64,000 nucleotides of DNA from Novakomyces olei (GCA_016906335.1 JADEYG010000012.1:496001-560000), one strand, 5' to 3'; shown: positions 41,146-54,951, counted from the first letter of the stretch. Numbers and translations: made by a program. The notes: a model not told the origin generated them from the sequence alone.

Positions 41146-41283
41146 AAATGAATAAATGAATAAATGAATAAATGAATAAATGAATAAATGAATAAATGAA
41201 TAAATGAATAAATGAATAAATGAATAAATGAATAAATGAATAAATGAATAAATAAATAAATAAATAAATGAATAAATGAATAA
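41146..41283. repeat. (TGAATAAA)n array in the CDC7-condensin divergent promoter
   Basis: Direct reading. Confidence 0.95.
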
Positions 41284-41388
41284 TATTTAATCTAGTCAAA
41301 TAAATAAATAATATACAAATACTATAATTAATCAACATTTAGGCGTAAACAAACACTGCACAACGAGTAAACAACGCGTAGTCTCGCA

Positions 41389-44300
41389 ATGAGGTCGCTC
41401 AATGATCTCGTACTCGCGTATTCGGATCGTGGAGTGGAAGGCCTCGACATTGACGCGTCTGTCCCAAGCGATGTTGCGCTCTTTTTCGAGGGTAAATAAA
41501 CATTGAATTTCAATAATTAATTGATTATAGATGCAAGCGAGGCACTGGCACAGGATTGTACTGCTCTAGCTCAGGAGGAAAGGTATGAGACTTTACTCGC
41601 TCTCATACAGAGCTTTGAGTCTCTGCCTGCCCGGGCACGTATGGCGCTGATCGATACATTGGCAGCGGGTTTGAACGCGTGTGCTTCGGCAATGGATACG
41701 ATCACTGCCTCAGAGGGCGAAATGGAGGCGGTCGAGACTTTTGCTCAGTCTGTGGAGATTCAAATTTTCGCTTTGCAGCTTTGTTTACGTGTTATTGAAC
41801 AGAGCTCTAATGGCGCTACTGTAAGGCGCGGCAAGGCGGCGAATGACAGTGATTTTGCTGCGGAAATGGCTGTGCAGAACGGCTTGGATGCGGTTTGTAA
41901 GTTACTGGCACAAAAGCTGCAACGGATTTGGCAGACGTCGGCTGAGAGAGACCAAGTCGTTACAGCTGCCGTGAAATGTGCATACATTTTTATGGAGACC
42001 GAGCATTATCTAAAGCATCGTGGTATAAGGATGCGCGTCTTCAAGGCTATTTGCGTGGCTGTCAAACACCAGGGACACGCGTTTGGAGCACAGACTATTA
42101 TCCTACAATACCTGCAATATTACGATCATCTTGCAGAACCCGTGGCGGAGCTTCTTCAGATCTTGTCGCAACAGTATGACCATCAGCAGCTGATGGACGG
42201 GCTCTTGAGTGATATTTCTACGCTACAGTTTAGTGCTACAGACACCAAGGGCCCTAGATCAATTGCCACTTTTCTCGCCAGATCGTCCGAGATTCTTCCA
42301 AGACAAATACTGAAACAGATAACGTGCTTGATTAATCTGTTGGACAATGAGGTATGCCAATTTTGAAATGTGGAAAGAAAAAGAAAGTGAAAGCGAATAA
42401 AAACACATGAATGAAAATGAAAACAATCAAAAACAGCTGAATACGTAAACACGTGTATATATATACAATGAAATACAATGAAATAAAATACAATAATAAA
42501 ATGCAAAAACACCAAAAAAAAAAAAAATAAACAAACCACATGCACTAACGTACAGTCTTACGCACTGCGAAACGGTATTATTGAGGTGGCGGCTAATCTT
42601 GTTTGCGATTTGTGCCGCTCAGAGGACCTGCTTACCGATGTCGAGAGCAACGAGCATTATGTGCAAACCTTTTTCACTTTATTACAGGCGCGATTGCTAG
42701 ATGTCAATCCTTACTGCCGTAGCAAAGTGTTGCAATGCTATACTCGTATCTTTGAGCTGCCTAACAAATTCCCCAAGGTTCGACAGGACGTGCTTGAATC
42801 TGCAGTTGAGCTTCTTCGAGACAAAAGCAGCAATGTCCGTCGCAACGCAGTAAGATTAATTTCTAAAATGATTGCGACACATCCCTTCTCTGCTTTGCAC
42901 GGTGGAACGCTGCAGCTCAGTGCCTGGTCATCGCGTGCAAACGAATTAAAGGAAAAATTAGCTAAAATTGATATTCCGCAAGAGATTCGAGATGGAGCTC
43001 TGGGCGACATATCCATGGACGACGGCGATGACATGCAGGTCGAGCATGAAGACATGCTCAATTCTGAACAGCTATCACAGGAAGATATGGCTAAATTGAC
43101 GCTAACTCTACGATTTTACCTCGACGCTGTGCACTTTATCCAAACTGTTCATGGCGCAGCCGAGACGATAACCTTGTTGCTTGCTTCCAAGAATAAGCAA
43201 GAGACATTGGAGGCAATGGACTTTTTCGTCGTCGCTGATGCCTATGCCATGGAGTGTGCAAATGTATGAAGCCTTTCTTTACATGATTTACCATTACTAC
43301 TATTACTTTTCGGTTTATTCCAAATTTGTTTCAGCCATTATCAAGATTTTTTCACTTATTCTTTAACTCAAACTAATTGCAGACCGGTATCCGTCGAATG
43401 ATGCATCTAATCTGGACAAAAGCGACTAGCGATGAAGGTAAAGGTGTACAAAACCACCTGGTTGCCTGTTACAACAAATTGTTTCTGGAGACACCTCCCG
43501 GAGCCTCTGAGCAGCAAACGGCCGTTTACGTTGCTCAAAATCTTATCAAATTGACGGAAGGCGCAACAGTCGCAGAGCTGGTCTCTCTTGAAGCTTTGCT
43601 TTGCCACTTATTGAGATCTTCTAATATTCCAGACGAAGCAATCCTTTACCTCTGGACGATATACGAGAGCAATGAGGTGACCCGAGCTCAAAGACAGGGC
43701 GCTATTTCTATCCTTGCCATGCTGGGCTCAGAAACTCGTGAAATTCTTATTCAAAATATTCCCTCACTGCTAGAAATTGGCCTAGGCCGGGCTGGCCAAA
43801 ACGACCTTGTGCTTGCTCATCATACGTGTGTTGCGCTTGGCCGATTGGGTCAGACAGGCAAGAAAAAGGGTAGCTCTTCTGCTGCAGCTGCTTCTGCAAA
43901 TGCAGGACTAGGAAAGGACGATGCAGTATCGGCAATTGAGCTGCCTAATGATCATATCGTGTTTGAGAGACTTGTACAGCTCGTTACTCGGGAAACCGAA
44001 GCACCCGAGTGGTACGCCCTTTGCGAACAGGCAGTTTCAGCAATATACAAGCTTTCACGGCACCCGGACGATTTGTGCTCGCGAATTATTCGCATAAAGA
44101 CTAAAAGCGTGTTTGCTACTCCAGCCGAGGGAGCAGATACTCAGCCGGCACGGACTTGCAGTCTTGCGCAGCTCATGTTTCTCGTGGGACACGTTGCCGG
44201 TACGTTTCTTACCATCTAAAAGCTAACGCTATACAGTAAAGCAAATTGTACATATTGAAAAATGTGAGGCGGATTTCAAGCGGCTAAAATCGATTGCAGA

Positions 44301-45769
44301 GAAAGGTAGGGATATGAGCAGAACAATACAAAAAATTACAAAAATAGACTAAAAAAGACTAAGAAAAAATAAATAAAAAGATTGAAAAGTGGAAAATATT
44401 TAGAGAACAAAATGACAAACCATTTCTTGCACGCAAAATCTACCAATTTTTAAGCCGCGACTGACAAAGAAACAGACTTGAAGTCGGCTGAGAACAGCAA
44501 GACTGAGGACGATGAGCTGAATAATATCAACGGTACCTCTGAAGATGATTTCGTCGACGCAATGAGCAGGATAAGGTGAGACTAAAATCAATTAGAGAGC
44601 AGAGTCTAAACGATGAAACAGGGAGTACGAACTTTTGTACTCGGACAAGTCAATTCTGGCCAGGTTCGGTCCGATGGCCGTTGAGATTTGTGCAAACAAT
44701 GACGTCTACAATGTAAGACTTTTCTTTAATAATTTCTCCTTGTTATTAATGACCGGCCAACTAAATACGTAGGATGAGGAGCTGCAAGCTCAAGCGGCTT
44801 TGACGCTTGCAAAATTTATGTGTGTTTCAGGTGAGCGAATCTGAAACGAATGATTTAATGCTGACTTGTGATTTAGCGGAATTTTGTCGTAAAAATATTC
44901 CTCTTTTCATTACAATCCTTGAAAGATCTCGTGATGAAAGAACGCGCAGTAACCTTGTCATTGCCTTTGGTGATATCGTAAGTTTTAAAATAATTTCAAG
45001 GAACATCAGAGGCTGATTTCAAAGATTGTCTCGTTCAATCATCTGATAAATGACAATACGAATTTCATGTATAAACGACTACAAGATTCAAGCGCGACGG
45101 TCCGTAAAACCTGTCTCATGACACTCACGTTCCTCATTCTTGCCGGTCAAATTAAAATCAAGGGTCAATTGAGTGAGATGGCCAAGTGTCTGGAAGATGA
45201 AGACAAGCGAATTGCCGATCTGGCAAAGATGTTCTTTGGTGAACTCTCTACCAAGGACAACGCTGTCTATAACAGCTTGATGGACATCCTAAGCAATTTG
45301 TCACAGGGAGCAAATGCCGTCAGCCACGATGCGTTCAAGCGCATAATCAAATTTATCATGTCATTTATCGAAAAGGTAGACGCTTTTTGTCTTGTTTTGC
45401 TCCGCAAATAATGCTTTCATTCATTTATCTTTTGATATCACGTTTGATTTCGATGAAGAATACAATGCGTTATGTTTAATTGTTCATATATTTGCTATTT
45501 TTTCTTTTGCTTGCAATATCAGTTTTGCTAACCCGCTTTTACAGGAGAGACATACGCGGCAGCTTTCAGAAAAGCTTACAAACAAACTTGCACAATGCGA
45601 CGACGAACGCCATTGGCAGGATGTTGCCTATGCGCTTTCACTGCTGCCACAAAAAAGCGAGCAGACTCAGGCTGCGTTACAAAAAGGGTTCCGTTACGGC
45701 AACGCAGCCTCTGATCAGTCGATTCACGGTGCTTCACAAGCACAAGAAGTCTCAATGGCACAATCGTAG
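41389..45769 (+). CDS. cnd1: Condensin HEAT subunit Cnd1/Ycs4 (CAP-D2), about 10 introns
   Basis: AVKHQGH, RLLDVNPYCRSK, DKSSNVRRNA, GTSEDDF, LAGQIKIKGQLSEMAKCLED. Confidence 0.94.
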
Positions 45770-45906
45770 GTTTCATAAATTCCTGGATCGGTTTGCAATG
45801 TGTATATACATTTTGAAGCCCTGTAAATAAATTGGGTTCTTAATTGTTTTCAAAACAAATAAAAAAGTGCGCCAGTGTAGACTGATCAATACAATTGACC
45901 CCCTAC

Positions 45907-46587
45907 TCATTCCACAATCTTGAGAAACCGAAAAGCGTCGCTGCCGTTTAAATAATAGCGGTATAATCGTTTGTAACGCAAAAACCCCATACTTTCATAG
46001 AGCCTGCGTGCCGCCAAATTCGAGACTTCTGTCTCAAGAGCAATCTAGGCAAAAGTCAGAGAGAGTAAGGTACGACTAGAAAAGCAAACAAATTGAATAA
46101 ATAGGGGAATAAATAGGGGAATAAATAGGAGAACCTACCTCTTGTGCACCGTGTGAGACCATGCTAGCCAGTGCCATGCTAGCCAGTGTCGTCGCTTCAA
46201 TAATTAACCAAATTAATGCCCAATTAATCGAATCTCCTACCAATTCCGCGACCTCGAAAGGCCTTATCCACAGCGATCATTGCCACGTACCCACGGAGCG
46301 TTCCACGGTGAGGTTCTAGCTTGCACATAATCACGCCAATAACGTTTCCCTTGCATCGAGCCTGAACCTGATTAGATTTCTTTGCTTACGACTCGAGTAC
46401 CAAGTATGCATGCTCTGGCCTAAAAGTTAGTGATTTAAGAGCGTGTACGCTACTACCATTGATGCAGGAAATAGCGATAAACGTATAGCGAGTATGGCTC
46501 GCTCAAGTCGCCGACAATAAGATCAATGATACGGGACAATTCCGTCTCATCTTTGTACTGTGAGTACTCTACGTTCTCCGTTGCCAT
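45907..46587 (-). CDS. MAK3: NatC N-terminal acetyltransferase catalytic subunit, 4 introns
   Basis: [46 protein letters not shown]. Confidence 0.93.
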
Positions 46588-46610
46588 TGACGGCCACAAA
46601 TAAATGTATA

Positions 46611-46945
46611 AATGAATAAATGAATAAATGAATAAATGAATAAATGAATAAATGAATAAATGAATAAATGAATAAATGAATAAATGAATAAATGAATAAA
46701 TGAATAAATGAATAAATGAATAAATGAATAAATGAATAAATGAATAAATGAATAAATGAATAAATGAATAAATGAATAAATGAATAAATGAATAAATGAA
46801 TAAATGAATAAATGAATAAATGAATAAATGAATAAATGAATAAATGAATAAATGAATAAATGAATAAATGAATAAATGAATAAATGAATAAATGAATAAA
46901 TGAATAAATGAATAAATGAATAAATGAATAAATGAATAAATGAAT
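46611..46945. repeat. Pure (TGAATAAA)n array of about 40 units between the MAK3 and BMS1 starts
   Basis: Direct reading. Confidence 0.97.
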
Positions 46946-47052
46946 ATCAACAGACAATTAAAAGAATTTACATGCTGATAAAGCGGTATACAATTTTTTA
47001 TCTATAATAATTTGTATGGTGCTTGATAAGATTTTTAAAACATTTTTCCAGC

Positions 47053-50000
47053 ATGGAGCAGACGCACAAGGCCCATCATACGGCCTCAGCAGGGTCAAGG
47101 GCCCGTAAAAAAACGTCGACAGCAAAGGCCAAAGGCCACAATCCAAAGGTAAGTTTGCCGATATATATATTATTTTATTCCCAGAGAGTTAACGGTAAAG
47201 GCGTTTGTGAGTTCCAGCTCAGTGCGAGCAAACGCAAATGCGCGACGCAATGCCGATATCAACCAGAAACGGCTCCATGTGCCGATGGTTGATCGCACAC
47301 CGGAGCAAGATCCTCCGCCGGTTATTGTTGCAGTTATGGGTCCACCAGGCACTGGCAAATCTACGCTGATAAGGTCGCTTGTACGACGGTACTCGAAGCA
47401 TACTCTTTCTCAAGTTTTGGGCCCAGTAACCGTAGTCAGCAGCAAGCATCGCCGTATAACCTTTGTGGAGGTCCCTAATGATTTAAATGCACAAATAGAT
47501 ATAGCCAAAGTCGCTGATTTAGTGCTTCTCTTGGTCGACGGAAATTTTGGCTTTGAAATGGAAACAATGGAGTTTCTAAACATATTGGCACCACACGGAA
47601 TGCCAAAGGTTATGGGCGTCCTCACGCATCTAGACCTTTTCAAGTCAGCTGCAGCTTTACGTGCGCAAAAGAAACGGCTGAAGCATCGGTTCTGGACAGA
47701 GATATATGACGGAGCGAAGCTTTTCTACCTTTCCGGAGTCATTAATGGCCGATACCCTGATCGTGAAATACTGAATTTGAGCCGTTTTATCTCCGTAATG
47801 AAGTTTAGACCCTTGCAATGGCGAAATCAGCATCCTTATGTGCTGGTCGACAGGGTGGAGGACGTGACTCCCCCTCAGGACGTTGAAGATAATCCCAAAA
47901 TATTGCGGAGTGTTACGCTGTACGGCTACCTAAGAGGCACGAATATGCCTCTGGAAAATGCGCCTGTTCATATCCCGGGAGTAGGTGACGCTGTGGCTGC
48001 CACTGTGAGTGCGCTGGACGATCCCTGTGCAGCCCCAGGCCAAAATGCCTCTAAAAAACGAAGGTCGTTATCGGAAAAGACCAAATTGATTTATGGGCCA
48101 ATGAGCGAAGTTGGCGGAGTCATGTTTGATGGGGACGCTGTTTATGTAAATGTTTCTACCAACCATTTTACTCAGGGCAGTGAAGGAGCAGGGCCTGGTG
48201 AGCGTATGATTATGTCTTTACAACAGGCTCGTCGCCTGGGCGAGGACAGCTCTGAGTCTGGGCTCCAGATATTTTCTCAAGACGGAGCCGACAATGATTA
48301 CGGCCGAAAGGTTAGTCGAACGCCTAATCTGTGGGCTGGTGGAAAGCAGAGAGATGAAAAAGAGGGTGAGGATGAAGAAGAGAACGGAGAAGAGAACGAA
48401 GAAGGGGACGAAGAAGAGGACGAAGAAGAGGACGAAGAAGGGGACGAAGAAGAAGATGAAGATGATGATGAAGAGGGAGAAGACGAAGAAGATGGAGAAA
48501 GAACAAGACAATCTAAAGTCTTGCGCAGATTGAATGAGGGCGCAGATTCTGGAGTGGATACGGGAGAACTGTCCTTTGCAGAGAGCGATTCTGACCTTGA
48601 TTTTGAAGAAACAGAGGCCGACGGTGATAATGCAACAAGTAGTGATACCCGATGGAAAGTCGGGTTAGCTGAACGAGCATCAACTGCCTTCAGGGAGCGT
48701 AAGGCCGATTTAAACCGAATGCTTTACGATGACGAAATCCCTACTGGCAAAGTCGTAGAGCTCTGGCGTAAAGGACGTTACTCGCAAGACGATCTGCTAG
48801 ACTCTGGGGACGAAGAGCCCGAAAACGAAGAAGAGCAACAGTTCTTTTCCGTACGTAAAGGAGGCCAAGTCCAGGTCGAAGACGAGGCAGCTGACTATCG
48901 TGCAGACGCGTCAAAGCCGGTTATTCGAGCGTCTGATATCGACTTTTTCAACGACGATGAGGCTCTTGAATCTGTAAGGTTCCGGTTCATTACTGGCCGG
49001 CTTGCCGGTGATGAAGAAGCTGGGGACGGAGAAGAAGGAGACTTTGAAGACCTTGAAAACTCTTCACAGTCAAACACTGGCGATTTCGAGGATTTAGAGT
49101 CGGGCAGTGATGGAGGGGATGCAGACAATGGAACTACAAATAGCAGCGGGGATAAGACCGAGCATGATTCTGAAGCAATCGAACAAGATCGTGAACGGGC
49201 GGAAAATGCGCGTAAAAAAGAAGAGTATCGTCTTCGTTTCGAGCAGGAAGACCGGGGCGACAATGAAGACAACCCCACAATGGACTGGCACGATACGGAA
49301 AAGGCACGAATGGCAGCACAATTACGTTTGAACCAGGAGCAATTAGAGACTTTGGATCCAGAATCAAGGGCTCGTCTTGAAGGGCAGAGAGCCGGCACTT
49401 ATGTGCGAGTTCTGTTGCACAATGTTCCGCACGAGTTCCTGAGCCATTTTGATCCTCGAATGCCTGTAATCGTGGGCGGCATAAACGCTGCCGAGAATGG
49501 AATGGCAATGGTACAGGCCAGGGTTAAAAAGCATCGCTGGCACAAGCGTATACTCAAAACAAACGATCCATTGATCATTTCTCTTGGCTGGCGTCGGTTT
49601 CAAACGTGTCCGATCTACAGTATTAGTGATTCACGGACGCGTAATCGGCTGCTCAAATATACACCGGAGCATATGCACTGTTTTGCTACTTTTTTCGGCC
49701 CGACAGTCGGGCCGAACACGGGGTTTGTTGCCGTTCAGCACGTGGCGCGGTCTGCCAGAACGGGAGCCTTTAGGATCGCCGCTACCGGAACAGTATTGAG
49801 TGTGGATGAGACTACTGCGATTTACAAGAAGCTTAAACTGACTGGAGTGCCTACTAAGGTTTACAAGAACACTGCCTTTATAAAGGATATGTTTTCGTCT
49901 GCCCTGGAAGCAGCCAAGTTTGAAGGCGCAATGATCCGAACAGTGTCCGGGATTAGAGGCCAAGTGAAAAAGGCACTAGTCCGACCAGAAGGCCAGTTTA

Positions 50001-50614
50001 GGGCCTCGTTTGAGGACAAAATCCTTCTCAGAGATATCGTATTTCTACGCGCCTGGCATCCAGTAATGCCACGAAGGTTCTGTGCAATTATTACAAATCT
50101 ACTGCAACCGGATCACGAAGACTGGCGCGGGATGAGACTCACGGGTGAAGTGAGGGCCGCGCGGGATATAAAGACGCCTTTGCGGCCCGATTCAGAGTAT
50201 AAGAAAATTGAAAGAGCACCGAGAAAGTTCAACCCGTTACGTGTTCCACGTGCTCTGCAAAGCGCTTTACCTTACGCGTCCAAGCAAGTTGTAATGCCGC
50301 CTCAGAAACGCGAAACTTACACGTCTAAACGCGCCGTAATTGTCAGCGAGGAAGAGCACAAGGCCCGTGACTTGATGCAGAAACTGATGACTTTACAACG
50401 GGACAAACAGAGCAAGAGGCAAGCACAAAAACAGGCCAGCCGAGAACGGCACTTGCAGGAACAATCGCGTCAGGAAGAACATAGAGCAGAAAAGAGGAAA
50501 CGTGATCGGAAGGAATGGTTTGATAAACACGGAGCCTCTCTTTCTCGTCCGGCGCAAGGTGCCGCCGGGCCTCGACACAAAAGGAGCAAGGGTGATGCTG
50601 ATATGTTGAGTTAA
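47053..50614 (+). CDS. BMS1: Ribosome biogenesis GTPase Bms1 (intron 47149-47200)
   Basis: NPKAF across the splice, GPPGTGKS, DGNFGFEMET, LISLGWRRFQ-type and RLLKYTPEHMHC motifs. Confidence 0.97.
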
Positions 50615-51292
50615 AAGGCGACATTATAGATTATACTCAGGTTATATTCATATTGCATACATTTAAAAGGGATCTTTTGGCGCTACCTTATTTTTGCTTT
50701 CTAAACAATTAGAATGGGTGACAATTTTTAGAACAGGTGACAATTTGTAGAGCACCTGGATCAGCTATTGACTGGCATTAGAGAGAGAATTCTACTGCTT
50801 CCACGGTTGCCGCCATGTTTATTTGGTACATTTATTATCTCGTGGTTCATGACCCTAACCCTATCTATAAGTATAAGTATATGTAAAATAAAAAAATGAC
50901 ACTGCTGCGGTTGTCTCGTATAACTTGATTTTATATCCAACAAAGCAAAGTAATTCAACCAAGTAACACGAGGAGCACCGAGTCGGTTGCTCAATCCACT
51001 AAACGCACTTTTGTTTAAGTTAATCCAAGCACAAGATATTATTACAACGCACACGGCTTGATGGTTACATAAAAGTGATCGTACGCATGTTTATTTATAC
51101 CTGTCGCAAGATATTCGCGCGGACGTCAATCTCGGCCAGAGCGATCGCTTGCTACTGTAACCGTCTACGGACTGACGCGGATCACGTTCTAATACAATTC
51201 TTACATCAAACAGGCTCTAAATTTATCAAGATTCCGTTGATTTTGAAGACTCTTGAATTCTATTACGCGCAAACGCGCGTAATTCGAGAGTC

Positions 51293-52617
51293 ATGCAGGC
51301 TGTTTATGCGCCAAACGGAAATCTTACACAGCCGCCCGTCTCCGCCGCTCAACGCGCTGGTATTGATGACGCACCTGACGCGTCAGCGGTAATGGAAACA
51401 GACGCCAAAATGGACGCGGGTGACGCAATGCAAAGGCGGAGGTCTCCCGTCACGGGGTGCAGTGCGTCACCAGTAGAACAGGTCAAAAGCGACGATTACA
51501 CTCAAAATTCTGATAATAACGAGGGCAATAGTGACCACTTTAATAACGAAACTTCTCCACAGCCTCCACCAACTCCACCGAAACGTGGATCTGCTTCAAA
51601 ACACGAAGAGTCTCCGCGGCATTATTCGCGTTGGCGATCACATCACAGCCTGGAAATACACGATCGGGCAAAGATGGCAAAGGTAAGCGGGCCCATAATA
51701 GCAGTTTAAATTTGAATAAAAGGATGATTGGAAAACGTTTATTTATTTACCAAAGGGTTTGAAATGGTTATGAGAATGGATACCCTATCAAATACAAAAC
51801 GTCTTTTTTTGCATTTTTTTTGCATTATTTTAATCTAAAATTAAAAATTTTTTTTTTTTTTGATTAAATGATTATTTATTCTAAACACGTCCAGCTATCC
51901 CAGCAACTCCGAAACAGACTTTCCTTTGCCAAATACAAGTTGGAAAATGGCTGGCAAAATCAAACGATTGATCAGTTAGAGGGAAAACACTTGTCGCCGC
52001 AGCGACAAACGCCTAAAGTCGAGGCCAGTGGCGGGGCTGGTACGACTGCCAGCGCTTTTGTTTCCCCAGCAACGCATGATGCATTGCGTAAACTGAACGG
52101 AGAGCCTGTACCTTCGGCAGGCGAAATTCCATCGGCTGGTTTAAGAGCTCCCTTTTCCCCCGAAGATCCGATCCCGGCCAGGCTGTCCAATTTGGAGGAA
52201 ATATCACAACGATCGCCCCGGCGACAAAGGCATACAAGCAGCGATCGAGGTCTTGGACGAGGGTACGAGGAGACTTCTGCTCGGCATTATACAGCACCTT
52301 ATTTAGCCCCCTTGCAAGTTCCAAATGGCCGGTCATCGGGAAATCAGTCCATATCAACGGAACCTCTTCCATCTGCCGGGTCGGGGCCTGTCGGTAGCGG
52401 AATAAGTGGACCAAGATCGGACGAAGAAGATGCAGCGGCAATGATGCTTATGCTGGGAAGCCCGAGAGCTGCTAGTCAAGATCGGAGCTTTATCTATCCA
52501 CGAAGTAGTACAGCCACGAGAAGTGATGCGCTTTTAGGCGTTTCACAACCCTCTTTAGTTCATAGTGCAGCTATTTCTCATCAGGGCGATGACACAGAAG
52601 ATGAAGATGACACGTGA
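51293..52617 (+). CDS. Whi5/Nrm1-family G1/S transcriptional repressor (intron 51683-51894)
   Basis: GTB motif LRNRLSFAKYKLENGWQNQTIDQLE; many S/T-P sites. Confidence 0.85.
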
Positions 52618-53229
52618 ACCCAAATTTGCAGGGGTAATACATTGTATGGAGTTTGGCATAGCTGTTTGAATTTGACCTGATTTTTTTTTGGTTTTGTTTA
52701 TTGATTGATTAGCTAAATTTTGATTTCTACGTGCAAGCCCGTTATTGATTGGCTTACTTGACCAACCTTTTTATCTACTTCCTTTTATTTTTCCCTAATA
52801 TTTTCTCAATTATCATAATCGTGTATTATTGACTAGTTTGGACCGCCATTTTGAATTGTGTATTTGGCGATTAATTCGAATCGACTTGAAAGAGTTCGTG
52901 TTATAATTTTTGCTACTTCCTACCCAATACTAATTCGTGGCTGATCCCTACTCTTTTTTTTTTAGCAGAGTAAGGATTTCGGAATCCGTTTACGTCCTAA
53001 TTTTTTCTACTGTTTATTCCCTTTATTCCCTTTCCCAGTGTTTAAATATTGCAAAATCGATTTGGCGATTATGCGTTGCGCGTTTACACTTACTCAATGG
53101 CCAACGCCTCCCGGGGCAAAATCATTTCTTCAACTTGACAAGGGCAAATTGCAAAGTGTGCTCATATCCTTGAATAACGGGTAAAAATGACTATATACAT
53201 AATTAATTGCTCGTCCATTTCTCCTTGTC

Positions 53230-54951
53230 TCAATCCTCATCATCAGAAAACTGGTACCTGTTGTCCTGTAAATCCTGATTGCCAGACTGCTGTGCACGAG
53301 ACATTTCCACACTCATCATCTTCCTTCCCGCCTTGGCGCTTGACCCGGCCGCGTCCAGGTCTTTAGCGGGTACGGGGTTCCGTCTTTTCGTCCTTAGCTC
53401 TGGAGTTGATGTCCCCACGGACTGAGCACGGGCACGTGCGTTTTTCCGTGGTTTGAAGCCCTTTTCCTCAACATCCCCAGTCTCGTTATGAACTTCCCAC
53501 CAATCCGACGGTTTCCGTCGGACTCGAGATTCCGACAGTGGCCAAATTGCCAAAGGAGATTTCCCAAAAATAAGAAGCTTATCGAGCGCACTGCGACGAG
53601 ACCGGGGTTTTCGCCAGCGGCCGTCAGCATTGGGGTTCTCCATGCTACGTGGAGTAGTATTTGCAGATTTAAGAGGTTGCTTGGGCGTTGTATTTTCATG
53701 TAAGTGTAATGATTGCTGCTGCGTATTGCCGTCAGCATCACCCAAATCTTGTACAGGGCTCTTTGGCTGTAGAGGGCTATTAGCCTGTAGAGGGCTCTTT
53801 GGCTGTAGAGGGCTCTTTGGCTGTAGAGGGCTATTAGCCTGTACAGGGTCGGCGATAGGCACTCGCTTTGCTCTGGGCAAAAGACGTGTGCTGTCTGCCG
53901 TCTCCAGGTGCGAACGTGTTCGTTTCAAGTTTGAGGGATTAGAAGCTGGAAGCTGTGGATAATCATTCACTCCGTTTCCAGTAGCCTCAATAGAATCTCT
54001 TACTCCTGTATCCGAGTCAGAATTGAGCAATGACGTATCGTCTGCCGGCTCGGCGTTATCGCGATCACTGTCTGCCGTGTATCTCTCTTCATCGCCGAGA
54101 GAAAGAGAGCCGCTTCGCGATCTCGGCTTATGGCCGCCTTCGTCTTCAAACCGGCTGACCTGGCCACCGTCACCAGGTGCATACAATTTTTCAGAGGAGG
54201 ATGCTTCCCCGCCTATGCCGGTACTGTCGGGCAATTCACGGGGGAGTATAGGCGACAGTCCAGCGTCGGCTATTCCGTTATCCCTGCCTGCCGATGAAGG
54301 GGCTTCAGCCTTATCGCCGAGAGCAGCCTTATCACCGAGAACAACCTTATCGCCGAGAGCTTCCCCGTCACGTGCATCTTTCTTGTAGCCGACAGATTCC
54401 ACACACGAGTGCCCGTCTATTTGGGCCGACGTGGGCGCAGGCGAATAGCCTGCCAGGGAACCTACTGGCGTAGTACCACTATCAGCCTTTTCCTCTGCGG
54501 AAGCAGTACGAGGCCGCACAGCGCCACGGGCGTTATTCACAGGCGCTATTATTTCGTCCTTCTTATTCGTCCGCACAATCTTGGTCTCATTAGCCTTTTG
54601 CCAAACAAATTATGGGGAAAATACCACTGGCAAAGGGCTGTGTGTGTACAAACGGCCCACATGCTCTTTAGCATCAAATGCTACCGGCAAAGTCTGGACA
54701 CGTGGCGAATTGCCTTCTTTTGGCGATGAAGACGCTAAACGGCGACGCCAATTCTCGAGCGCTCGGCTCTGTGCCGCAGTGATTCCTGTTGGTGAAGGCG
54801 CACGCGGCTCTGAGCTATTTGTCCCGTCACGAACGGCAGCAGGATTTGTGCTGGAAGTGCGCTGCTTTTTTTGCGCATCAAAGATGATAGGCGCAGGCGA
54901 AACCTGGCTAATTGGCTTGCCAAAGAGCGATTCTGCAGACAAGATGCCCAT
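53230..54951 (-). CDS. Disordered protein of about 557 aa with a CENP-C-type motif (intron 54580-54624)
   Basis: Two ORFs joined in frame by GTATTT..GCTAAT..AAG; SRVRRKPSDWWEV; SPLQ(PK/AN) repeats. Confidence 0.78.

Noticed and set aside
46588-46957. FIYSFIHL-repeat ORFs (also 41012-41338)
   Set aside because: Translations of the TTTATTCA microsatellite
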